DNA from: an uncultured virus (IMG/VR IMGVR_UViG_3300042542_005136)
Taxonomy: Duplodnaviria > Heunggongvirae > Uroviricota > Caudoviricetes
Reading direction: 5' to 3' (one strand)
IMG/VR virus record: IMGVR_UViG_3300042542_005136
DNA: 64,000 nt
How positions within the stretch are numbered: the stretch's first letter is position 1; every line of letters begins with the position of its first letter. This document shows, one piece after another, positions 55,201 to 63,605 of this stretch. A program made the position numbers and the translations under genes. A model generated the notes under the pieces. The model did not search any database. It saw nothing but the letters and a program-made list of their open reading frames with translations, and was not told the origin of the DNA.

Positions 55201-55950
55201 ATGCCCCTTCCTGAAATTGACTTCCCGGACAAGGAGCAGCAATTGAAATATGGCGTGAAGGTGCTTCTGGAAGCTGGAATGACGCCTCAGCAAATTGAGC
55301 ACATTCGCGACAGAGTGGGAGCAGGTCCGGGCAAGATTCCCTACACCAAAGAACTCACTGGATTGCGCCGGTATATGGTGCAGGAGCTTTTGGCGGCAAG
55401 TTTAAGCAACAGGCAAATTGCCGACATCTTGAAGCTAAGCAAAGAAACTGTTAGCGCCGATCGTCATCACAACCGCAACTTGTGGACTGCTGAAATCCTT
55501 AAGAGCCAAGACACTTGGCGGGCACGGCTAATCAAAGAACAAGGCGAACTTAAAGACAAAGCCCTCGAAAGCTTTGAACACAGCAAGCGCAAAAAAGTCA
55601 CCACTTACAAGGAAGGGCCTGACGGCCCTGGCGAAACCATTGTGCGTATGGAAGAAAGTGCTGGCGAAAGCGGCTTCCTTGGCATTGCCCGTAGCTGTCT
55701 GGAGCAGCAGGCAAAGCTGATTGGCCTGTTCGATGTGAAACCACAAACGGAAGAGAAGAGCGGCTACAAAGCATTCCTTGATAATTTAAGCAAGGAAGTT
55801 CGCAAAATAAAAGAAGCTGAAAGCAATAGTGAAGTTAGAGCCACTGCCATTGATGCTGAGGCTTATTTCGACGAACAAGGAGAGCCCACTGGCCCCAGCA
55901 AGCCTTTGCTATTCGCGAATAGCGAACAGGACGATGGAGAGGAAAGTTAA
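55201..55950 (+). CDS. Putative terminase small subunit (HTH)
   Basis: HTH LSNRQIADILKLSKETVSAD; FL...CLEQQAKLIGL oligomerisation-like segment. Confidence 0.55.
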   Translation: MPLPEIDFPDKEQQLKYGVKVLLEAGMTPQQIEHIRDRVGAGPGKIPYTKELTGLRRYMVQELLAASLSNRQIADILKLSKETVSADRHHNRNLWTAEILKSQDTWRARLIKEQGELKDKALESFEHSKRKKVTTYKEGPDGPGETIVRMEESAGESGFLGIARSCLEQQAKLIGLFDVKPQTEEKSGYKAFLDNLSKEVRKIKEAESNSEVRATAIDAEAYFDEQGEPTGPSKPLLFANSEQDDGEES

Positions 55951-55962
55951 TTATTTCTTAGC

Positions 55963-55992
55963 TTGACAGGCCCTCCCGTGCATCGCTACGCT
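55963..55992 (+). promoter_or_regulatory. Sigma70-type promoter
   Basis: TTGACA-N18-TACGCT. Confidence 0.5.
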
Positions 55993-56013
55993 TGATGGGA
56001 CTGCTTTGTCTTG

Positions 56014-56487
56014 ATGAACTTTTCGTTTGATTCTGTGGGCAACTTCCTTCGTAAAACAAGGGAAGCAAAAGCCAGCAAGCGAGCAGCGATTGACGAAGGG
56101 CTGTCCCCATTGCTCACCGATCCTTCCACCTTCGCCATTGCTCCTGACGCTGCTGACCTGCTCGAGAAAAGCTTGGAGCGCTATGGGGACGAAGCTCTCA
56201 AGGCAATGGCCATTGTGGCCCTTGGCAAGTGGGTGGAGCTGCATGGCACCTGGCTCGAGCAGCACATGCTCAATGGCGCCATCCAAGAAGCCGTATTGAC
56301 TGCCTGCGACATGAACAAACTCACGCAAGCCGTCAGGCTCATGGAGGACGTGGGAAGCTTTGGAGGGGACGACGACTACAGGGCGGCCATGCGTCAGCAA
56401 ATCAATCAGGCCGTGCTGGAAAGGCTCGAGGAAACTGGCGAAGAGCCTTCTGACATCTTCGACCCCTACACCGACCCGTTGCTTTGA
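56014..56487 (+). CDS. Hypothetical protein
   Basis: ORF with typical codon use after the promoter. Confidence 0.65.
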   Translation: MNFSFDSVGNFLRKTREAKASKRAAIDEGLSPLLTDPSTFAIAPDAADLLEKSLERYGDEALKAMAIVALGKWVELHGTWLEQHMLNGAIQEAVLTACDMNKLTQAVRLMEDVGSFGGDDDYRAAMRQQINQAVLERLEETGEEPSDIFDPYTDPLL

Positions 56488-56852
56488 TCATGGACTCCCT
56501 CCCGCCCATGGTCACCATTTGCATTCCGCCAGTGCTGCGGAAGGAAGCAGAAGATTTAGTGGCCGAAAACCCTCCCGTGCATCCTGCCTGGCAGAAAGTG
56601 GCACAGCGTGGCCGTCATTATTCTCTTCGCACCTCCTCCATTGAAGACCTCGAAGAACTGGCCGACTGGGCCTATAGCTGGTTGATGGAGCCTGGCATGC
56701 CCTTGGACAAGACCAAACGACAAGCTTTTCAAAGCATCATCGCCAGAGCAGGCCGTCACGTTTTTCTGAAGCCCATTGGCAAAGGGCATTTCCTTGCAAC
56801 TGGCTGGAAGCCGCCAAAGACCATAAGCAAGACTAATAACTCTACCCCTTGA
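56484..56852 (+). CDS. Hypothetical protein
   Basis: 122-aa ORF in operon. Confidence 0.6.
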   Translation: MIMDSLPPMVTICIPPVLRKEAEDLVAENPPVHPAWQKVAQRGRHYSLRTSSIEDLEELADWAYSWLMEPGMPLDKTKRQAFQSIIARAGRHVFLKPIGKGHFLATGWKPPKTISKTNNSTP

Positions 56853-56870
56853 CTCTGCCCCACTCTGCCC

Positions 56871-57245
56871 TTGATGATAGGCAAGTTCCTTCTCATTCCC
56901 TCCATGGCTTCCCGCATTAAAACCGAATCATCTGGCGAAACCAGTGCCTTCACTACTGACGGCAAGCTCGTCATGAACTTTGGCAACCCTCACGTTGCAT
57001 GGGGATTCTCCGTGAAAAGCCTTGAAGAATGGCTAATCACGCTTGAAGAGGCCATGTCAGTGATGCCTGCTTGCCATAGTCGCTCCATTGAAACGCTCTA
57101 TTTTTCTCTCAAGGCAGCACACAAGCGCCACCTGCAGGAGCATGAAGCAGTGATCAGCGAAGCCCCTACTTCCGACGATCTCATGGCCTACCTCACTTCT
57201 TACGCTGCCGCAATGACTTGGGAAGCAATGGAAGGGAGGAAATGA
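56871..57245 (+). CDS. Hypothetical protein
   Basis: ORF; probable start at MASRIKTE. Confidence 0.6.
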   Translation: MMIGKFLLIPSMASRIKTESSGETSAFTTDGKLVMNFGNPHVAWGFSVKSLEEWLITLEEAMSVMPACHSRSIETLYFSLKAAHKRHLQEHEAVISEAPTSDDLMAYLTSYAAAMTWEAMEGRK

Positions 57246-57610
57246 TTTCCCTGCCTGTTTGCATGCCTTGGGAAGTGACGATCAAAAACGATGGCAATGT
57301 GAATATATTGTCTATCCTTGCTCCCACGAAAGAAAAGGCTCGCATCATTGCAGAAGAGCTTTACCCTCATAGTCACTACGACATCCAGCTTCAGCCCGAC
57401 TGGGACGACGCATCGTGATCACTGGCTCCTTCGGGAGCCTTTTTCTTTGTCCATGAATGATCACCAGGGATGGGCTCTGTGGCATAGGTCCAGTCATCAT
57501 ATTCTGGATCATTCCTCAGCCATCGTGCCAAACGCTCACGCTCGCGTTCTTGTTCAGTCATTAGAAACTGGACAGCTTTCTATTGCGAGTCTAGCTGGCT
57601 TCCTATAGGC

Positions 57611-57804
57611 AAAAAAGAAGGGCCTTGCGGCCCTTCTTCCTTTGCTTGAGCTTCCGATGCCACAGCCTCCCTCCCAAAGGGGAGCACTCCTCTCACTAGC
57701 CCATGCAATGCTAGGGACAGTCCTCGCGGAAAGTCCAGAGTGCTCAGCAGCGTCCACCCTTGCGGCGTCAGCGACGGGCCTTTCGGCCAGGACCAACTCA
57801 AGCT
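57611..57804 (-). ncRNA. Candidate ~190-nt structured small RNA with its own promoter and terminator
   Basis: Minus strand: TG-C-TATGAT extended -10; closing stem GCTTGAGTT/AGCTCAAGC; GAAA, GCAA and GCGA tetraloops; terminator AAGAAGGGCC-GCAA-GGCCCTTCTT plus T run. Confidence 0.65.
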
Positions 57805-57915
57805 TGCAAATCATAGCACCACTACCAGCCACGGCAGCAAGCCTCACAATTGTGATACGGTAAACCTTGGCAGGGGCGACCCTCCGTAGTCTCACTTCTT
57901 CTTTTTCCTTTCCTG

Positions 57916-58272
57916 ATGCTTTTTCGTTTTCTTCTTTCAGCCTCCGTTGCCTTAGGCGCTCTGGTGCCTGCTGCTGCGGAGGCTAAGTCTCGCTGCGGCG
58001 AGGCCAGCTTCTACGGGCACGGTGACGGCTTTGCAGGCCAGACAATGGCTAATGGTCAGCCAATGAACCCGCGAGCCATGATCACTGCCCACCCATCGCT
58101 TCCGCTCGGCACCCGCTTGAGAGTGGTGCGCAATGGTCGGAGCGTAATCGTCAAGGTGACTGATAGAGGCCCTTGGTACGGTGGTAGGATTCTCGACCTG
58201 AGCTATGGCGCTTTTGCTCGCATCGCTCACCCTGGTAGCGGCCTGGCAACGGTCTGTTATCAGGTGGTGTAG
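57916..58272 (+). CDS. RlpA-like double-psi beta-barrel protein (lytic transglycosylase family) with signal peptide
   Basis: GEASFYG, TMANG, TAHPSLPLGT, VKVTDRGPW, RILDLSYGAF. Confidence 0.9.
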   Translation: MLFRFLLSASVALGALVPAAAEAKSRCGEASFYGHGDGFAGQTMANGQPMNPRAMITAHPSLPLGTRLRVVRNGRSVIVKVTDRGPWYGGRILDLSYGAFARIAHPGSGLATVCYQVV

Positions 58273-58307
58273 GCACCAAGGTGGCCTAAGGGACAATGGA
58301 GGAAACC

Positions 58308-58340
58308 AAGGGCGCTTCGCATGGAGCGCCTTTTTCTTTG
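58308..58340 (+). terminator. Rho-independent terminator
   Basis: GGCGCTTC-gcatg-GAGCGCC followed by TTTTTCTTT. Confidence 0.7.
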
Positions 58341-58427
58341 GGCCTAGCCAGCTTCGTAACGAAAAGCAACTGAGCTCTTGCGAGATCCGGCTCGCTCGTT
58401 ATCGTGCGCAGGTATCGCCTCTTAACC

Positions 58428-58592
58428 ATGCAAAGCATCATGCTGCCGCTGCTCACGCTCGCAAGCCTGGTGGCCTTGGCCACGCTACCCGTGCAGCAGC
58501 AAGACGACCTCACCGCCCTCCGCAAGTGCATGGCACTCCACCCCGAACGCTACTGCAGGCTCACGCATGCCCCTAGTACAGTTGCACCATAA
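58428..58592 (+). CDS. Small secreted/membrane peptide
   Basis: Hydrophobic N-terminus; KCMALHPERYCRLTH. Confidence 0.6.
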   Translation: MQSIMLPLLTLASLVALATLPVQQQDDLTALRKCMALHPERYCRLTHAPSTVAP

Positions 58593-58685
58593 GCAACGCT
58601 AATAGGCAAAGGGCTTCCCAAAAGGCTCTCGATGGGCAATCATAGTTTCAACGGGGCGCGAGCCTCACCATTCATCTTCCCTCCC

Positions 58686-58964
58686 ATGGACAAAACCGCT
58701 TCCGTTAAAGCTTTTATCCGCGACGCAGGCGCAGCAATCGTCTCCGTGCAGTTCGTCAAGGCTGATGGCACCTTGCGCAAACTGCAGTTTAACCCTCTCG
58801 ACTCTTGCGAGATCAAGGGCACTGGCTATGCTCTCAAGAAGCCCGGCATTGTTCGCTGCCGCGACTTCACCATTGCCCGCAACAAAGGCCAGGGCGCTTG
58901 GCGTTCGTTTGATTGCGAGCGTGTGGTGAGCATCAAGAGCAATGGAAAGGAGCTGGTGTTCTGA
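58686..58964 (+). CDS. SH3-like / WYL-like beta-barrel protein
   Basis: SVQFVKADGTLR...AWRSFDCERVVSI. Confidence 0.65.
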   Translation: MDKTASVKAFIRDAGAAIVSVQFVKADGTLRKLQFNPLDSCEIKGTGYALKKPGIVRCRDFTIARNKGQGAWRSFDCERVVSIKSNGKELVF

Positions 58965-59233
58965 CCATGGCAGTTCTTGATCGCGACAACGTTTGGAGCC
59001 TTTGGGCGCTGTCGGGCACGGCATGGGCCATGCTCGATTCCAACCCTGACAGGCAAGCCCTAGAACGACAAGCCAGAAGCCTCAAGGCCGTGTTCATCAC
59101 CAAAACGTTCATGGTGGTGCAGGGCACGCAGAGCCCAGACCGTTTGTAAACAATTGTTACGGAGGGGCTGACCAGGCCCCTCCTGCCTGTACATTACTTG
59201 CAACGGGCCGCGAGGTCCACCCTCTCCAGAATC

Positions 59234-59452
59234 ATGAAGCACTATTCCTCCTATGAAGCCCGCCTGGAAGCCGACCGTCGAGCCCAGCATTCTGGCTATG
59301 GCATCAGGAAGTTCCATTGCGCTGATGGCACCATTAAATGGGAAGCCTATGGCTGGGAGCGCCTGACTGAGCTGACTACGCACACCACTTCCTACGGTCT
59401 ATTCGACCACAAGTGGGAAGCTGAATACTATTTCAACTCCATCGTTCATTGA
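59234..59452 (+). CDS. Hypothetical early protein
   Basis: Starts directly after a promoter module. Confidence 0.65.
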   Translation: MKHYSSYEARLEADRRAQHSGYGIRKFHCADGTIKWEAYGWERLTELTTHTTSYGLFDHKWEAEYYFNSIVH

Positions 59453-59454
59453 TC

Positions 59455-59745
59455 ATGAAATATATTTCTCGCGAAGAACTATTGGCCGTAGGCGCTTCAC
59501 TCTCTTGGGCCGATGCCACTGTTTTCACTGGCAAGCTTTACGATCAGGCATTTTCTCAAAGCTGCCGCAATGGCAGCAGCGCCGGAGGCTTTGCTTCTGG
59601 AGAGTTCAATGGGAAAGAAGTAAGCTGCTGGATTGTTCCTCGGTGCATGGGCCGTGGTCGCTGGAGCAGCACCACGCTTTGGAAAGTCAATGGTAAGCGA
59701 GTGGCGCAGAAGAAGCTGATCGACGCTGTTTGTGAAGCTTTGTAA
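59455..59745 (+). CDS. Hypothetical early protein
   Basis: ORF ending TLWKVNGKRVAQKKL. Confidence 0.6.
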   Translation: MKYISREELLAVGASLSWADATVFTGKLYDQAFSQSCRNGSSAGGFASGEFNGKEVSCWIVPRCMGRGRWSSTTLWKVNGKRVAQKKLIDAVCEAL

Positions 59746-59818
59746 CAAGCAGGGGGCCTCGGCCCCTCTTGCCTGTATTGTTCCTTTGTCCGGCGGCGAC
59801 GCCCTTTCCTTTCCTCCC

Positions 59819-60079
59819 ATGGCAACCATTCCCACCATCCACCTCAACGGCACCGGCTTCACCGACCTGCGCGATGGTTACGCTGCTGCGTACGATGCCA
59901 TCGACAAGGCCATTGATGCTCTGGCTGCTGCTGAGCTCAACGGCCGCGACTTTTATCCTCAAGGGCCTGATGCCTACTACCAGGCCCGCAAGGAGCGTGA
60001 TCAGGCCTTCGAGCAGCTTCGTACTGCCCATGCCTACGTGGGCGAAATACTGGCCGGCATTTGTGATCAGCGGCGTTGA
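59819..60079 (+). CDS. Hypothetical early protein
   Basis: PTIHLNGTG...NGRDFYPQG; after a promoter module. Confidence 0.7.
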   Translation: MATIPTIHLNGTGFTDLRDGYAAAYDAIDKAIDALAAAELNGRDFYPQGPDAYYQARKERDQAFEQLRTAHAYVGEILAGICDQRR

Positions 60080-60183
60080 TTGTGACGATAAGCAACAGTG
60101 ATGGTTCAGGGGCTGGCAACAGCCCCCCTTTTGCTCTATTGTTCCTTTGTTCGGAGGCGCGAGCTTCCACCATCTTTAAGATC

Positions 60184-60402
60184 ATGACCTGTCCTCTCTG
60201 GGGCGACCTGACCAAACTGGCCGACTACGCCCTCGATAATGCTCATTCCATTGCCCTCCAGCGTTCCAGCTTTGACGAAGGCTGTGCAGCAGCTCTGCCT
60301 TTCATCAAAGCCGAAATGGACAAGCGATGGGAGAACGGCGGCAAGGCTGCTTTTCAGGCGATGCTCAACAAAGAATTTGGAGATCGCGCAGTTCAGCTTT
60401 GA
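60184..60402 (+). CDS. Hypothetical early protein
   Basis: Starts directly after a promoter module. Confidence 0.6.
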   Translation: MTCPLWGDLTKLADYALDNAHSIALQRSSFDEGCAAALPFIKAEMDKRWENGGKAAFQAMLNKEFGDRAVQL

Positions 60403-60497
60403 TTGTTAAGCATTGTTACAGGCCCCTTTCCAGGGGCCTCTCCTGCTCTATTGTTCTTTCAACGAGCCGAGAGGCTCACTGCCACGTTCTCAAGATC

Positions 60498-60674
60498 ATG
60501 CAAACCGTCGCTCTCTTCCGGCTCTTTGAACAAACCCCCGATGGGGCCATTCGCCAGTGTGGCTTCACTGGCCCAGACCATGAAGAAGCCCTGCTCTGGC
60601 AAAAGGAAATGCAGCAGTGTTTCCCGGCCAATCGCCACTGGATACGACCAGTGTTCAATCATGCAGGTGCCTAA
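60498..60674 (+). CDS. Hypothetical early protein
   Basis: Starts directly after a promoter module. Confidence 0.6.
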   Translation: MQTVALFRLFEQTPDGAIRQCGFTGPDHEEALLWQKEMQQCFPANRHWIRPVFNHAGA

Positions 60675-60775
60675 TCACCAGCACAACAGCGGCAAGCCTC
60701 CCAAGCGGAGGCTTAAGCCGCAAGCCCTCAGGGCCGCTAGAGCCCGCAGACAAGCCCTTCTTAACCGGCTTCACC

Positions 60776-60964
60776 ATGCAAGACGCAATCAACATCCTGG
60801 CCATCAGCAACAGAGGCCGTAGCCGCATTGGCACCACTATCACTACTGCCATTGTTGAACAAGATCACCACGATAAACTGTTCATCGTGCTGCCGCAGTT
60901 CAATCAATGTCGATGGATAAAGAAAACAAACGATCCTGATTTTCGCATCATCGGAGAAGACTAA
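60776..60964 (+). CDS. Hypothetical protein
   Basis: INILAISNRGRSRIG...CRWIKKTNDPDFRI. Confidence 0.6.
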   Translation: MQDAINILAISNRGRSRIGTTITTAIVEQDHHDKLFIVLPQFNQCRWIKKTNDPDFRIIGED

Positions 60965-61140
60965 TGATTCGTTCAGTGTTTTATTTTGCTTCTGAAGATG
61001 GCTACGAAGATTATGCTCTCACCATTGAAGAGCGTGATCAGCTAAAGACCATCTACGAAGCTGCTGGCACCTCGTTCGTCATCAAGACACTGCCAAGCGA
61101 TGAAGAAGACTACGAGCCCCTTTACGAACCCTTTTGAACC

Positions 61141-61467
61141 ATGAAAACCACTATGCGCCCCAAGGCAAAAGCGACCATCCGCACCTTTCAAGACAACGGC
61201 CCCTACTTCTCTGCAACAAAAGGCTGCTACCAAGCAACGAGCCTTGAAGAGCTTCTGTTCCACACCAGACTGGCCATGGAAGACCGGGAAGATACCATTG
61301 CCATCTTTGATACAGAAGGCTCTTGCAAGGGCCTCTGGAGGCTTTCTATGGAAGGGCATGTGGACAGCGCTGGTGATAGCATTGTCGACCACGAAGGCTA
61401 CGAGCTGATGCGCCCTGATACGAAGGAGCAATGGATGTGGAACAAGCTTGTGGAGGAAGTGAAATAA
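61141..61467 (+). CDS. Hypothetical protein
   Basis: 108-aa ORF in operon. Confidence 0.6.
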   Translation: MKTTMRPKAKATIRTFQDNGPYFSATKGCYQATSLEELLFHTRLAMEDREDTIAIFDTEGSCKGLWRLSMEGHVDSAGDSIVDHEGYELMRPDTKEQWMWNKLVEEVK

Positions 61468-61880
61468 TGGGCACTAACTATTTCTTGCATGCTCCTGCTT
61501 GCGAGCATTGCGGCAAAGAGCCGGAAGAGCCCTTGCACCTTGGCAAAAGCTCGGCAGGATGGTGCTTTGGCTTGCACGTGTACCCCGAAAAAGATTTACA
61601 CAATTGGGGCGATATATGGAGCCATATTCATTACAGGGTGGAAGAAAAAGATTATGAAATCAGAAACGAGTATGGAGATTCTATTGATCCTGCTCTTTTC
61701 TTTTCTATTGTTTGGGACAGGAAAGGACAGCCAGAAAAGCTTCTCGACAAGAAATGGTTAGCAGACAATCACGCTACGATTGGCCCTTGTGGGCTTGCCA
61801 GGCATGCCTTGTATCCTGGCCATTGCATTGGTCATGGTGGCGACGGCCCTTTTGATTACATTATTGGAGAATTCTCATGA
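61467..61880 (+). CDS. Hypothetical phage protein
   Basis: MGTNYF...CEHCG...LHLGKSSAGWCF...IRNEYG...GEFS. Confidence 0.7.
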   Translation: MGTNYFLHAPACEHCGKEPEEPLHLGKSSAGWCFGLHVYPEKDLHNWGDIWSHIHYRVEEKDYEIRNEYGDSIDPALFFSIVWDRKGQPEKLLDKKWLADNHATIGPCGLARHALYPGHCIGHGGDGPFDYIIGEFS

Positions 61881-62277
61881 TTGACGATGATTCACTTTCG
61901 CATTTCGTTGAGGACTGGTGGAGAGGCATGGTGCTTTACGATCCTGACACCAAAGACTATGTGGACAATATCTTCAAAAACATTCACAAACAGCATTTTG
62001 TTGATTTCTTGCGGGATGCCTTAGCTGAATTTGGTGATCATCATGATTCTCATTGATTTCTTCACGGAAGCCTGCTGCAAAGGCACTGAACTTGTGGAAG
62101 GCTGGTACTGGTATGAAGACGATGGAGAAGAAGTGGGAGGGCCGTATAGAGACGAAGAAGCCGCTATTGAAGCGGCTCAGGAGCAGAAAGGCTGGTGATT
62201 CTGCGTTAGCATGGCAAAACGACGCAGGACTGGCATCCCACGTCGTTTCTAACCACTACCAAAAGAGAGGTTTGGCC

Positions 62278-62904
62278 ATGGCTACAGACAAGCATAGCAG
62301 TGTGCCTGAAGGATTCAAGGAGATCCCTGGGTATGGCGGGCGCTATTTTATTAATGAAAACGGTGATGTTTGGAGCATTGCAATAGCAAAATTGATGAGT
62401 CAGCAACGGGACGAGAAGCATCCCTATCCATGGCTTTTATTGCGCTGCAATGATGGCAAAAATCGAACCATAGCTGTGCATCGCATGATGGGGCGCACGT
62501 GGCTTGAATTACCTCCCGGACCCATTGGCTCAAAAAAAGGACAGTATTGTATTAACCATAAAGATGGTGATAAATGTAACAATAATGTGGCAAACTTGGA
62601 ATGGGTGACTTGTGAAGAAAACGTTCGACATGCCTGGACAAATGGCCTCAACCAATCAATAGGGGAGAATTCCCCCGTCGCAAAATTAAACTCTATTGAA
62701 GTTCGTCAAATACGAAAAGACTTTATTGATGGCAAATCGTTATCCAGCCTTGCTAGTGAGCACAACATGAGCATACAGGGAATTCATGACATTTGTCGAT
62801 TCAGGAGGTGGAAGACTCAGGATGCAGACTTGCTTGTTGCCATGAAACAGCGATCGTCTTCAATCTTTATTGATAGGCTAATCGAAAGGGAATTAAACTC
62901 TTAA
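62278..62904 (+). CDS. NUMOD4 + HNH homing endonuclease
   Basis: FKEIPGYGGRYFINENGDVWS, VHRMM, INHKDGDKCNNNVANLEWVT..ENVRHA. Confidence 0.88.
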   Translation: MATDKHSSVPEGFKEIPGYGGRYFINENGDVWSIAIAKLMSQQRDEKHPYPWLLLRCNDGKNRTIAVHRMMGRTWLELPPGPIGSKKGQYCINHKDGDKCNNNVANLEWVTCEENVRHAWTNGLNQSIGENSPVAKLNSIEVRQIRKDFIDGKSLSSLASEHNMSIQGIHDICRFRRWKTQDADLLVAMKQRSSSIFIDRLIERELNS

Positions 62905-62907
62905 TTG

Positions 62908-62985
62908 CCGGCTAGCTTCGTATAGTAAAAAATTACTACCGGCTAGGGTTGTATAGTAAAAAATTACTACCGGCTAGGGTTGTAT
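62908..62985 (+). repeat. 31-bp tandem repeat, about 2.5 copies
   Basis: CCGGCTAGGGTTGTATAGTAAAAAATTACTA-type unit at 62908, 62939 and 62970 (partial). Confidence 0.9.
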
Positions 62986-63032
62986 TATGCTCTTTTTGTT
63001 TTTTTATGACCTGGCACGCATAGCAGCATAAG

Positions 63033-63048
63033 TAGTACATTTGTACTA
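63033..63048. promoter_or_regulatory. Cyanobacterial LexA-like box
   Basis: TAGTACATTTGTACTA fits the RGTAC-N3-DGTWC consensus. Confidence 0.6.
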
Positions 63049-63050
63049 AT

Positions 63051-63213
63051 ATAAGCAAATCTTATGATTTCGGCCTGATCCATCAGCATTGCTTATCATA
63101 TAAGGCATCCTAATCGTTTCCGGCTGACTGATCAGCATCCCTTATCATATAAGGCATCCTGATCGTTCTTGGCCGATCCATCAGCATCGCTTATCTAATA
63201 AGGCATCCTGATC
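63051..63213 (+). repeat. 49-bp-period tandem repeat built from ATxAG-N5-CTxAT palindromes
   Basis: ATCAGCAT at 63082, 63131 and 63180; seven 15-bp palindromic units in total. Confidence 0.85.
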
Positions 63214-63605
63214 AGTACGGTTTGCCGATCGACAATAGGGGGATCCTGGCGGGATTGTCCGCATTGTCGACCGGAGAACGGGAGAATCTATGGGCGGCAA
63301 ACTGTAACGTTTTGCGACATAGGCTTGACCATGGCATCGCATTATCACGATGGCGTTATGGCATGGGTCAGTGTGACGGAATGTTACAGGCCTTGACCTA
63401 TGGGCGGCGCAAATGATACGGGCGGCATCCATGGCACGGTTTGATTGGTGCCCATAGCATCGCCTGCCCCATAGCGTCAAGGCAACGGCGCGGTATGGTG
63501 GCCACCTTTTTAACCGTCCACACTGACCTAGCGTTGACGGTTTGCCGGTTTTACAGTCCGTCCACGGCTGAGAGATCGGCCGCCCATCTCGCGGACTCTT
63601 TAATC

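Larger units (their letters stand above)
58353..60500 (+). promoter_or_regulatory. Repeated early-gene promoter modules (HLR1-like box, GC hairpin, -10, GNRA hairpin)
   Basis: Boxes at 58353, 59143, 59729, 60079, 60402; -10 hexamers at 58400, 59190, 59776, 60137, 60449. Confidence 0.7.

Noticed and set aside
57725..57740. RNase P RNA (GGAAAGTCC on the plus strand)
   Set aside because: No matching 3' conserved region; promoter, terminator and GNRA loops all point to the minus strand.
59146..59160. NtcA box
   Set aside because: Spacing is GTA-N9-TAC rather than N8, and the sibling copies fit a direct repeat better.
62908..63213. CRISPR array
   Set aside because: Repeats are head-to-tail or separated by similar short linkers with no unique spacers. 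No cas operon is present, and the Cas4-like exonuclease sits in the recombination operon.
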